A DNA stretch of 64,000 nucleotides from NCBI GenBank assembly GCA_951406725.2, contig OX597832.1, positions 52,328,001 through 52,392,000 of the forward strand. Direction: 5' to 3'. Shown piece after piece: positions 12,734 through 24,826 of the stretch (positions are counted from its first letter, which is position 1; each line of letters starts with the position of its first letter). The position numbers and the translations under genes were made by a program. The notes beneath the pieces were generated by a model. That model searched no databases, was not told the origin of the DNA, and saw nothing but the letters and a program-made list of their open reading frames with translations. The DNA is from Octopus vulgaris. Lineage: Eukaryota.

Positions 12734-13001
12734 TCATTCGAAAACTATGAAAAGAAATGAAACTTAAAAATAAATTCGAACTAGAACCGAGATCTGCAGA
12801 TTAACTGAATTCATTTTCAAAAAACTCGGTAATTTCCCCTCATTATTTGTTAGTTTCCCTTCATTAAATTGCATTAAATAAATGTTGCCAAGCAATTTTC
12901 TGAAAGGGCAAATAGAGATTTGGAGGCCGACATGACCTCAAGGACATGTGATGGGACAAATCTGGAAAGTATAATCATATTTAAATTAAGGAAAAAAAAA
13001 A

Positions 13002-13960
13002 GGGACCTTTTCGGTTTGAACGGCAGTTTTTTAAAATAATTTCCACGTGTGGTAAGTAGCTTGTTTACCAACCACATGGTTCCGGGTTCAGTCCCACTGC
13101 GTGGCACCTTGGGCAAGTGTCTTCTACTGTAGCCTCGGGCCGACCAAAGCCTTGTGAGTGGATTTGGTAGACGGAAACTGAAAGAAGCCCGTCGTATATA
13201 TGTATATATATATATATGCGTGTGTGTATTTGTGTGTGTCCCCCTAGCATTGCTTAACAACCGATGCTGGTGTGTTTATGTCCCCCGTTACTTAGCGGTT
13301 CGGCAAAAGAGACCGATAGAATAAGTACTGGGCTTACAAAAGAATAAGTCCCGGGGTCGAGTTGCTCGATTAAAGGCGGTGCTCCAGCATGGCCGCAGTC
13401 AAATGACTGAAACAAGTGAAAGAGAGAGTAAAAAGAGAGTAACTAAACACTTTAAAACTTCGTATACTGGTAGAATGTGTTTATAAAACATCTTTTTCTC
13501 TTGGTTTTATTGAGAAAATTCTATAGTTTGTAAGATATTTGTTGTTTTTTTTCTTCAATTTCTGCAATTTCAACCAATCAATGACGTCTATTGAGGTAAA
13601 AACATTCTGTGCCATATGAATATGTCCCTCGTTTAAGAAACAGATTGGGTTTATTTACATTTGTGAAGAAAAACTGATTGAAATGCAATAGATCGATACT
13701 AGGGTCATAATTATGGGTGACAATTTCATATGACACCGCTAGAAAAAAACTGCCGTTCAAACTGAAAAGATCCTTTTCGTCGCGTGTAGTTTATTATGAA
13801 TATAGATAAATTACATTTCTGATGAAAAAAGATACCCTTCCCTCTAACCCTAACCCTAAAACAGATTGAAATGCAATAGATCGATACTAGGGTCATAATT
13901 ATGGGTAACAATTTCATATGACACCGCTAGAAAAAACTGCCTGTCAAACCGAAAAGATCC
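13002..13960 (+). mobile_element. MITE family 1 copy, split by a SINE (13048-13440) and carrying two right ends
   Basis: Left TIR at 13002; the body resumes at ~13441; right TIRs end at 13773 and 13960. Confidence 0.8.
13048..13430 (+). mobile_element. tRNA-derived SINE, family A (other copies ~14846-15246 -, 16535-16684 -, 23100-23549 -, 25433-25775 +, 25930-26300 +, 29800-30120 +, 33030-33410 -, 41260-41520 -, 46930-47215 +, 48014-48360 +, 59195-59480 -, 62620-62940 +)
   Basis: Head TGGCTGTGTGG (A box)...GGTTCAGTCCC (B box), body CCTTGGGCAAGTGTCTT, internal (TA/TG)n, tail GACTGAAACAAGTAAAAG; more than 15 copies. Confidence 0.9.
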
Positions 13961-15244
13961 AAAAAAATGTGTTCTGGCATTAATTAGCCACACAGTCTTC
14001 AAGAAACTTGAATCATACCATACTATCTTTTCTTTTTCTTTTTTTCCTTGTTTTAGTTATTAGACTGTGGCCATGCTGGAGCACCACCATGAGATTTTAG
14101 TCTATTGAATCGACACCAGTTACTCATTTTGTATGCCTGGTACTTATTCTATCGGTCCATTTCACCGGGGATGGAAACACACCAACACCGGAAGACACAC
14201 ATGGCGAGCTGGCAGAAATGTTAGCATGTCGGGCAAAATGCGTAGCTGTATTTTATCTGCCGTTACGTTCTGAGTTCAAATTCTGCTGGGGTCGACTTTG
14301 CCTTTCATCCTTTCGGGGGTCGATTAAATCAGTACCAGTTATGCACTGGGTCGATATAACCAACTTAATCCGTTTCTCTGTCCTTGTTTGTCCCCTCTAC
14401 GTTTAGCCCCTTGTGGCCAATAAAGAAATATTTCTACAAATATTCTATAGAAATTATATACCAGCACTGCTTTTTAACTCCAACGTTTCATATCAAGACG
14501 CCAAATGCAAACAAAGAATAAGACTGAAGATAAAAATGGGTGTATATGGCATAATTCGGTAGGGTTTGCTCCTTCTTTAGCTCCCATTTAACCCATTCTC
14601 GCCTCCGAATACATTCGTTACATAGCCGCTGCATACAGCGGTGTTAAGTTACTGGATATGCCAATTTACATATTAAACGCATTCCTGGAGCTGGTACATA
14701 AATAGTATTTAGTATTTACATACCAGTTCCAGGAATGCGTTTCATATGTAAATTGGTATACCAAATACCATGTACCTACAAATCATTAATATACATACAT
14801 ACATACATAAATATATATATATATATATATATTTCTTTCTTTTATTCTTTTACTTGTTTCAGTCATTTGACTGTGGCCATGCTGGAGCACCTGCCTTTAG
14901 TTGAGCAAATCGACCCCAAGACTTATTCTTTGTAAGCCTAGTATTTATTCTATCGGTCTCTTTTTCTGAACCGCTAAGTTATGGGGACATAAACACACCC
15001 GCATCGGTTGTCAAGCGATGTTGGGGGGACAAACATAGACATACAAACATATACACACACATATATATACATATACATATTTACAATGGGCTTCTTTCAG
15101 TTTCCGTCTACCAAATCCACTCACAAGGCTTTGGTCAGCCTGAAGCTATAGTAGAAGACACTTGCCCAAGGTGCCACACAGTGGAACTGAACCCGGAACC
15201 ATGTGGTTGGTAAGCAAGCTACTTACCACACAGTCACTCCTACA

Positions 15245-15336
<92 letters not shown>

Positions 15337-15544
15337 TTGCCAAGTTAACATGGTAGTCCAGAAAAATAGGACGAATGCTGCCAACACCTCTAGCTAGCTA
15401 TGTGACACACAAACTTGTGTCCATTACAACCTTCGAACAGGGAAGGTCAGCCACTTCCCCTTGCTGGTCTGGCATCCACAGACTAGTTTTGAGGTGGTTG
15501 CCTCTTATCAATATGGAGTATATATATATATATATATATGCATT

Positions 15545-15832
15545 TATACATACGTATTTGTGCATACATCTATATGTATATATATGCATATGTGGGCACA
15601 GAATGTCATGAAACGTGTACAACAAAAAAAAGTACGAAGCACAAGTACAGGGAGCATGAATTATTCTTTCGAACAACGAAAGACACAAATGGGAAACAAA
15701 ACAAACATAAAGAACAACCCTTCATCAGTTGTTGGCTGTTTTCCTACTCTTGCATTTCGAGCATTTAACAACAATATACGCTTCGATAAAACAGTTGGTC
15801 CCGCAAAGCAAATTAAATAAAATTTTGAGACT
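15545..15832 (-). mobile_element. (TA)n-associated dispersed repeat related to 30725-31216 (possible Penelope-like/retrozyme-like remnant)
   Basis: Shares TACATCTATATGTATATATA-GCATAT, CTGTTT...AAACAG and CCCGCAAA(A)GCAAATTAAATAAAAT blocks with the 30.7-31.2 kb copy. Confidence 0.45.
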
Positions 15833-15870
15833 TATATATAGATACACACACACGCACACATATATATATA

Positions 15871-16530
15871 CTAGCATTATGACCCGTCTTTGCTGGGTCA
15901 TAGTGCTAGTGCATGTATATATGTGTATATATATATGTGTACATATTACATGTACATCTATATATATACATCTACACATAAAATACAAAATACAAAGTTA
16001 TATCTTGATATCGCTAGTAATAACAATACTGAAAATATATAACAGACTGGAATTGTAGGACTATTCCATTTCTGCATGCTAATTTTATTTTTAATTTATT
16101 CCCGTTCATGTGAAACCACTTATTCAAGTTCAAATCATTGATGCAATTTTATACCAATTGCTATTTTTACTTTTGTTATGTTACGATTACATTATACTTT
16201 AGTTTGGTTTTAATTATCACTTACTACATATAATTTAATTGTTATTATTATTTTATTGTTAAAGTGAAAATATCTGACATAAAATAGAGAAATGTTTTTG
16301 TTTCACTTTTAACACATAATACTGAAATAGTGGAGAAGATATGATATAGCTATGGGCTCACCCTAGGCAAGAAGTTGAACATTTTTTTTGCCCATGAAAC
16401 TACATGGACCCTAAGTAAGGCATGTGTAAAATTTGAATGAAATTGGTTATGTAGTTCTCAAGTTTTAGGGAAACACAAACAGACAGACAGACAGACACAC
16501 ACACATTCTCAGTTTTATATATATATATAT
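15871..16530 (-). mobile_element. Non-autonomous Helitron-like element
   Basis: On the minus strand it starts TATATAAAACTGAGAATGTGTGTGTGTCTGTC like the other Helitrons and ends in a GACCC...GGGTC hairpin + CTAG|T. Confidence 0.6.
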
Positions 16531-17250
16531 ATATACGATGGGCTTCTTTCAGTTTCCATCTATGAAATTCACTCACAAGGCTTTGGTCGACTTGAGGCTA
16601 TAGTAAAAGACATTTGCCCAAGGTTCCACGCAGTGGGACTGAACCCGGAACCATACGGTTGAGAAGCAAGCTTCTCACCACACACCGAAAGTACCTTTTA
16701 AAAAGGGGTGACAGAAAATAGATAAATAAATACCTAAATAAATAATAAGGCTTCTGCATTTTAAGTGTGAAAAATAATAAACAATGTGAATATTTTTATG
16801 TCAATGGAGGTCTGTTTCATCTTAGTTAAAATGGTAATTTTATGAATCTACCAGTTGCTAGAAATAGGTTTGTGAGTGTGATTTGTGTAAGAAAAAGAGA
16901 ATAAAACACATCCCAGGGAAAACTAGTGGTGGTCTGCATCGGTAAAAGTTGTTTTTATACGTTGTGTTGTTGAAGGAGAATTTCCTGATATTTCGCACCA
17001 AGACCTCCCGTGAGAAAGGAAAACAGATTTTATCATTCTCTCAAGGATGCGCAACACTATTGCATAATTAGTTTTGTGAGCATGCGTGTAAGAAGTGTGA
17101 CAGAGAAAAAAATGGATGAGAAAAATAAGGTGGAGGGTAACAAAAAATTGGTAGTAGTGGTGGTGGTGGTGGTGGTGGTGGTGGTGGGTTTATTGGGTTG
17201 GGTAAAATAAGGATATGAGATGTTTTCTCTTGCTAACTACCACAGTATAG

Positions 17251-17666
17251 GGATCTTTTCAGTTTGAACGGCAGTTTTTTCTAGCGGTGTCACATGAAAT
17301 TGTCACCCATAATTATGACCCTAGTATCGATCTATTGCATTTCAATCTGTTTTAGAGTTAGGGTTAGGGGTGGGGGGAAGGGTATCTTTTTTTATTCACA
17401 AATGTAAATAAACCCAATCTGTTTCTTAAACGAGGGACATATTCATACGGCACAGAATGTTTTCACCTCAATAGACGTCATTGATTGGCTGAAATTGCAG
17501 AAATTGAAGAAAAAAACAACAAATATCTTACAAACTATAGAATTTTCTCAAGAAAGCCATGAGAAAAAGATGTTTTATAAACACATTCTACCAGTATACG
17601 AAGTTTTAAAATGTTTAGTTACGTGGAAATTAGTTTAAAAAGCTGCCAGTCAAACCGAAAAGATCC
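17251..17666 (-). mobile_element. MITE family 1 copy
   Basis: Both TIRs, perfect 8-bp TSD CAGTATAG, TTAGGG tract. Confidence 0.9.
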
Positions 17667-18067
17667 CAGTATAGTTTATTCTAACAGAACATTCACGTTT
17701 AAGTGAGGGATAAATATTAACTCTCAGTATTAATATAACCTCTGTTGCTAATATTGATACTTTTTTTTTTTTTAGTAAGATAAGTGTTTGGATTAGTGAA
17801 ATATTAGTGGGTGTGTGAACAGTTGCAGTCAGTGATAATACATGCATCAGCGTGACACAGAATATGATAAAGCTGGCCCATTGAAATACAGGTTCGACTC
17901 ATTGCTGCCAAATGAGTGGACTGGAGCAACGTCAGCATGAGTATTGTTGATAACCATTGTTTTTAACATCTGGAATAAGATAATAATACAATTCTATATT
18001 TAAGAGATGAGGAACTATGTACATTATTTATATTTGACAGATATTTGTCCTCATCTTGTTTGTTGTT

Positions 18068-18113
18068 AACACAACGTTTCGGCTGATATACCCTCCAGCC
18101 TTCAATAGGTGCC
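18068..18113 (-). ncRNA. Degenerate minimal hammerhead ribozyme motif in a Penelope-like remnant (~17975-18160)
   Basis: Minus strand GGCAC-CTATTGA-A-GGCTG-loop-CAGCC-GAA-ACGT-T-GTGTT. Helices I and II and the palindromic helix III are intact; the CUGANGA box is mutated. Confidence 0.5.
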
Positions 18114-18181
18114 TTGGGGAAATTTCGAACCTGGGTTCTCATTCCTAAGGTATTTTTCGATGTTGTTATTATTATTATTCA

Positions 18182-18226
<45 letters not shown>

Positions 18227-18285
18227 CATTATTATTCTTCTTCTTCTTCTTCTTCTTCTTCTTATTATTATTATTATTATTATTC

Positions 18286-18960
18286 AGTAGTTTTATTTTT
18301 TATAACGTGCTTTCACTTCACTACCGAGCGCAGCTCTGTGTGCCTTGGGTATGTGCTGTGATTTGTTGTGATGCTCTGATGGTTATTGTATGGAAAGTGT
18401 TCTGCGTAGGATGTGTGCAGTGCCTAGTAGTGCAATTTTCTGTATGTTATATGTGTTTGTAAGTCCTGGTGTTTTTGTTATGTATTTGTCTGAATATTTT
18501 TTTATCATACCTAATGCGCCCACTATGATAGGAATTGTTTCTGTTTTTAGATTCCACATTTGAGTTACCTCTATTTCCAGGTCTTTGTATTTTGAGAGTT
18601 TCTCCATTTCTTTTAGAGACACGTTGTCATCAGCCGGTATTGATACATCAATTAGAAAGCATTTTTTTCTTCATGATCTTTGACAACTATATCTGGTCTG
18701 TTGGCCTTAATTTCTCTATCTGTGTGTATCGGCATATCCCAAAGTATGGTTGCTTTCTCGTTTTCTGTGACCTTTTCTGGTGTGTGCCTATACCATCTTT
18801 TTTCTGTTGTTATTCCATAATGTTGGCATAGCTTCCAATGTATGTTGGTTCCAACTCTGTCATGTCTGTGAATATATTCCTTCTTAGCCAGGACTGGGCA
18901 GCTAGAGATAATATGATTTATTGTTTCTTGTCCATCTCCACATATTCTGCAGTTACTTGT
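18286..18960 (-). mobile_element. 3' fragment of an R4/Dong-clade non-LTR retrotransposon (CCHC + restriction-like endonuclease) inside (ATT)n arrays
   Basis: CRICGDGQETINHIISSC, RPDIVV...LIDVSIP...EKLSKYKDL, PIIVGALG...IQKIALLGTAHILRR. Flanked by (TAA)n, the known Dong target. Confidence 0.85.
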
Positions 18961-19043
18961 TATATTTCTTTTCTATTATTATTATTATTTTCATTATTAT
19001 TATTAATATTATTATTATTATTATTATTATGTGAATATATTCC

Positions 19044-19098
<55 letters not shown>

Positions 19099-19162
19099 AA
19101 ATAATAATAATAATAATAATAGGTCAGACATCATATTGAAAGACTTCAGACAAAAATCATGC

Positions 19163-19201
<39 letters not shown>

Positions 19202-19756
19202 GAGTGAGAGCAGTGCATGTCATCAAAGTGACACTGGAGTAAAATATATGAAGCCCAGTATACCCATCATGACTACCCATCTGATAAGGGTACACTAGGC
19301 ACATGCATCACAACCATATGTGGACGACATGGTGATCTCATAAGCAAAATAAATAGCACATGACCTTGCAGGTGGGGGCCCAGTGAGAATTTTCTTCAGG
19401 TCGAGTAGCCCATCCCGCTCAAAAGGTCCCTGAATAAGGATTGTTTAAGGACGTTGAACGAACCACCCATGTTTCCAAAGGTCAATTATCCATACCTCAA
19501 AGAATTCCTTTCAGTACACGACTATGATGCTCCCCCACTACTTCTGCTCGTGATCAGAGATGCACATATCGTCAACCACTAAGGGACATGCTCAACTGGT
19601 TATGGTCAAACAACTGACAAGCAAATCTGTGGTATTGAGAAGACTATTTGTTGTAGCCCATCTTTTATACCAAGACAAAACAATGTACATGATAACACTT
19701 CCAATCAGTTAAGATCAGGAGCCATGAGAGCCACTGCGTGGTACTGCATTAGGGCA

Positions 19757-19811
<55 letters not shown>

Positions 19812-20159
19812 TCACTGCCTGGAATCGAACTCGGAATCTTAGGGTTAGTAGCCCGCGCTCTTAACCACTACGCCATATGCCTGTGGGCGACTGATACCCA
19901 ATTTCTGCTTTCCTTTCTCACTGGCATATGACGTAGTGGTCATCCTTAGGAGTAAAAATTAGTCAGCATAGTTGTTGTTTTTGAAGTTTTTGAGGGAATT
20001 TGAAACATAGTCAAGTGACAGATACTTTTTTTGTTTTCAAAACATTTTTCCTCAACTTTGACCCGATTGTAATTGAGGTTGCTAATAAAATATCTTTGTT
20101 TAATTTTTGGTGTTTAACAATCAATATTCCTTTCTCTGTTGGACACCAAGTCAATTTTT

Positions 20160-20578
20160 GGATCTTTTTGGTTTGAACGGCAGTTTTTAACATAATTTCT
20201 ATGTAAGTAAAAAATTTTAAACTTCGTATACTGGTAGAATGTGTTTATAAAACATCTTTTTCTCTTGGCTTTATTGAGAAAATTCTATAGTTTGCAAGAT
20301 ATTTGTTGTTTTTTTTTCTTCAATTTCTGCAATTTCAACCAATCAGTGACGTCTATTGAGGTAAAAAAACATTCTGTGCCATATGGATATGTCCCTCATT
20401 TAAGAAACAGATTGGGTTTATTTACATTTGTGAAGAAAAAAAGATACCCTCCCCCCCACGTCTAACCCTAACCCTAAAACAGATTGAAATACAATAGATC
20501 GATACTAGGGTCATAATTATGGGTGACAATTTCATATGACACCGCTAAAAAAAACTGCCGTTCAAACCGAAAAGATTC
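20160..20578 (+). mobile_element. MITE family 1 copy
   Basis: Both TIRs, 8-bp TSD CAATTTTT. Confidence 0.9.
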
Positions 20579-21665
20579 CAATTTTTTTCCATACTAATGT
20601 CTAATTTGATAATGTTCAAGTTTCAAAAATGATATCTAGCATGGGGTAAAATGAGTAATGGCTATTTTCAATAATTTCTTCTCTTTAAACATATCAAGAA
20701 GAGGATACTCCAACAGATCGCGAAGAAGCTATAGAGAACATTTTTTTTTTTATTTAACCAAGATATTTTAAATTTTTGTAGCATTCCTGATCTTTCTGAT
20801 GTCTAACAATGGCTATTGATGTGTATGAGACTGTTTTCAAATGTCATTCTGGAGAAGTGAAAAGACAAATTTATCTAATTTTGACTTACTCATTTTGCCC
20901 CAGAGAAATTTCTTTTTAATATGCTCAAAGAGAACGATAATAATTTTCCTGAAATGGTGGTCTGAATATGTTAAAGTGTTTTTAATGCATTTAAGGAAGG
21001 TCATTTGCTTAGCTGATCTAGTTTTTGTAAGACTGTGAACATTTTGTAAAATATATATTTCTTCTCGAAGTCAAAAGTGCAGTAAAACCTCCCCATTGTA
21101 AACACTCATACCACCCTCTAGTTAATATAATATCTGTAGCCTCAATCGTTTGTCTTTAAAGTACTTCATACTGAATGCAAGTCTTTAATCTGTCGATGGG
21201 GCTGTGAATGGTGGTGGGTAAGCAAGAGTCTATTCTATATTAAATACATTACTCAAAAGCCTCCACCATAGAAGATCACGTAATGCAAATGTCCTAATGA
21301 CCCTCCATATACTTGACACATGATTTTACATGCCATTGTTTACTGTAGAAAATGCTAAATAAAGCAAATGAGTAATCCATCACGTAATTTGAATGTTGTG
21401 AAAGAGAGACAGAAGATGTTCTATAGTTAAAAAAAAAACTGCGGTAGAGAATGGTAAAGAATAAAGTTTATTTTCCTAAAAACGTGATGTGTAAAATTTA
21501 TAATTGCAGGAACTGTTAATTGCAGGAAGCCATGAACTCACAGAAACCTTTAAACAAAACGGAAAAAGCGGAGAATTTGACAGCTTTAACCTTATGCAAG
21601 AATTAGGTGACTTAAAAAACAAAAACAAATGTGACTATTAACCAAAATAACGTAAGCTCTGGGAA

Positions 21666-21703
21666 CCAATGGGAACGTCTCCGGTTAGAATTAAAGTATA
21701 AAT
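21666..21703 (+). promoter_or_regulatory. Putative CCAAT and TATA boxes of the Argos-like gene
   Basis: CCAAT at 21666 and TATAAAT at 21697, ~135 bp upstream of ATG 21833. Confidence 0.35.
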
Positions 21704-21832
21704 TTGTTGCATGAGAAATATTTTACACAAATACTGAGTGGAAATCTTTCGATATTCTTGTAATAAATTTTGGCAAACAGCTTGGAAAACGTTCTTGTTA
21801 TTACAACTGTTGAAGGAGAAAAAATTATTAAA

Positions 21833-21937
21833 ATGATAACCAAACTAGCGCATCCACGTTGGATATGTTTCCTCGTTTTGCTGTTTGTTGGTGAGGTTTT
21901 CAACCAGAGTCAGACGGTTGTCTACGAGCAAGCTCAG
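21833..21937 (+). CDS. Secreted cysteine-rich Argos/giant-lens-like (scoloptoxin(11)-like) protein, exon 1 (signal peptide)
   Basis: MITKLAHPRWICFLVLLFVGEVFNQSQTVVYEQAQ; donor CAG|GTAAGT, phase 0. Confidence 0.75.
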
Positions 21938-21978
21938 GTAAGTGAGACAGCGAGTGAGATTGACAGAAACTAAACTTC

Positions 21979-22413
21979 GGATCATTTCGGTTTGAACGGC
22001 AGTTTTTAACATAATTTCTAGGTAACTAAAAAATTTTAAACTTCATATACTGGTAGAATGTGTTTATAAAACATCTTTTTCTCTTGGCTTTATTGAGAAA
22101 ATTCTATAGTTTGCAAGATATTTGTTGTTTTTTTTGCTTCAATTTCTGCAATTTCAACCAATCAGTGACGTCTATTGAGGTAAAAAAACATTCTGTGCCG
22201 TATGAATATGTCCCTCGTTTAAGAAACATATTGGGTTTATTTACATTTCTGAAGAAAAAAATATACCCTTCCCCCCACCCCTGACCCTAACCCTAACTAA
22301 CACTAACCTTAAAACAGATTGAAATGTAATAGATCGATACTAGGGTCATAATTATGGGTGACAATTTCATATGACACCGCAAGAAAAAACTGCCGTTCAA
22401 ACCGAAAAGATCC
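21979..22413 (+). mobile_element. MITE family 1 copy (intron 1 of the Argos-like gene)
   Basis: Both TIRs, 8-bp TSD TAAACTTC. Confidence 0.9.
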
Positions 22414-23047
22414 TAAACTTCTTTAATTCATTATATTATTTCTTCGTATATTTTCTGAATAATTATTTTTTCCGAAAATCGATTAGCCCTGATAGAGCAA
22501 ACTTTTCATCAAACATGTTCAAGCTGTGACCGCACAATCTTTACTTCAAACAGTGTTACTTAAATGAAATTATTCAACCTATCATTCCATATTTAAAATA
22601 AGAAGTGAGATGAGGAATAGTTTCTGTTTATTTCTAGCAAGTCTGGCGAGCATGTAAAAGATTCTTCATTCGCTCCAAAATTGATTCTGACTAAACAAAT
22701 AAAATAGTTTGGCGGAAAATAATAAATTTCCACCAGTTAATAAAATGTGATTCACACACACACATTATATATCTATCTATCTGGTAATTGACATTTGATT
22801 TGGATGTATTTCTCCATTTTCTTATTTTGTATTATGAATTTGGGGTAAAACATTTTACCTTTGCCCATATAATACAGTAAATGAATTAATTGCATCGCAA
22901 TCCTTAACATTTATGTATTAACTTTGTTGGGTACTTCACTAGCAGTATATTGGATATATCTTATCCCATATATATATATATTCATACATACATATACACT
23001 TTATTATTTTTCCATATCTCCCATCATGTGAGGAATATTTTCAACAT

Positions 23048-23094
<47 letters not shown>

Positions 23095-23319
23095 TCGTTT
23101 ACTCGTTTACTTGTTTCAGTCATTTGACTGCGGCCATGCTGGAGCACTGCCTTTAATCGAGCAAATCGAACCCGGGACTTATTCTTTGTAAGCCCAGTAC
23201 TTATTCTATCGGTCTCTTTTGCCGAAGCGCTAAGTAACGGGGACGTAAACACACCAGCATCAGTTGTCAAGCAATGCTAGAGGGACAAACACAGACACAC
23301 AAACATATACACACACATG

Positions 23320-23383
<64 letters not shown>

Positions 23384-23547
23384 TACGACAGGCTTCTTTC
23401 AGTTTCCGTCTACCAAATCCACTCACAAGGCTTTGGTCGGCCCGAGGCTATAGCAGAAGACCCTTGCCCAAGGTGCCACGCAGTGGGACTGAACCTGGAA
23501 GCATGTGGTTGGGAAGCAAGCTACTTATCACATAGCCACTCCTGCGC

Positions 23548-23581
<34 letters not shown>

Positions 23582-23688
23582 CTACACATACAAATATATA
23601 CATATGTGAGTGTGCATATATCAACATACCATACATTTACATGGAAATGGAAATGAACTATTCAGAATCACACACACACACATACACA

Positions 23689-23722
<34 letters not shown>

Positions 23723-24007
23723 TGCATGCATGCAGGAGGCTTCTTTCTGTTTCTGTCTATCAAATTCACTCACAAGTATTTGAAGCTTGAACCCGCAACA
23801 ATGTAATTGGGATTAAAAAGCTTTAATTTTGACAGAATAATGTGAACACTAAAGGGTTAAGATAAACACCAACCATATACACTCATAAGCATGCTGTCCC
23901 AGAAGGTTGGCGTGCCGTTTTAAAAGTCTGTTCTGTTTTAGGACACACCTTATGTGTGACCAATTTTCTTCCTTTCATCAACGTAAGTTATACTTTTCTT
24001 CTTTCAG

Positions 24008-24183
24008 CGAAGTAGCTCTCCATGTTTGAGTGAAAGTACCGTTTGTGCCGACGTCTATTCATTCACCAAGACAGTAAATGGAAAAAGGCAAAAAACTGAA
24101 CGCCGAGTTATCAACTGTCTGTGTCAAGGAGGACTGTGCCCAAATTCGACGACCCACAATATATACGATACATCCAAGCACAA
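24008..24183 (+). CDS. Argos-like gene exon 2
   Basis: Acceptor CTTTTCTTCTTTCAG; RSSSPCLSESTVCADVYSF...INCLCQGGLCPNSTTHNIYDTSKH; 176 nt, phase 0 to 2; donor AA|GTAAAT. Confidence 0.75.
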
Positions 24184-24263
24184 GTAAATATGTTTTTAAT
24201 CTGAAAACCTGTTATGTTTGTTGTTAAGTACGATATAATAGTGAAATTGTTTCATAGATAATA

Positions 24264-24826
24264 TTGGGTTGTCCGGAAAGTTCGTGCTGATTTTTAAGGG
24301 AATTAAAAAGGTCAATAAATACTTGCCATTACATTTTTAATCAACCAAATATGAGCCATTTTGTTGCACAATGCGTCTTCATCTTTCCTTTAACTTAAAA
24401 ATACCCTCTACAGAATTGAGGTGGTTTCATGGCAAACAATTCATCAAGGTATCTTTTTACGTCATCCAAGGAATTAAAATTTTTACCATTAAGGCTATTC
24501 TGCAGAGACCTGAATAAGTGGAAATCCGAAGGAGCAATATCTGGTGAATATGGAGGGTGGGGTAACACATCCCAGCCGAGCTGCAGCAATTTTTGTCTGG
24601 TTACCAAAGCATCAAGTGCCAAAAATGAACTTTCTTATCTCCCATTTTAAAGGTTACAGAATTAACACAGGTTATATGAACATAAACCTTCTTCCATGAA
24701 AAGATAGCTTAAACTGTGCTCTAAATGGATATGTAGTCAAATCCTATTTCATGGACTCAACCATGTTCTAAAGTAAGTCGAAAGGTAAGCAACTATAAAT
24801 CGGCACGAACTTTCCGGACAGCCCGA
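24264..24826 (-). mobile_element. Internally deleted mariner element
   Basis: TIRs TTGGGTTGTCCGGAAAGTTCGTGC / inverse, TA TSD, transposase motif LGWDVLPHPPYSPDIAPSDFHLF. Confidence 0.9.

Noticed and set aside
11928-12767. 279-aa poly-Val/Met and 243-aa poly-His ORFs
   Set aside because: Translations of a (GGT/GAT)n microsatellite with no gene structure.
20462-20477. CCCTAA/TTAGGG tracts as interstitial telomeres
   Set aside because: Only 2-4 units, and they lie at a fixed position inside MITEs.
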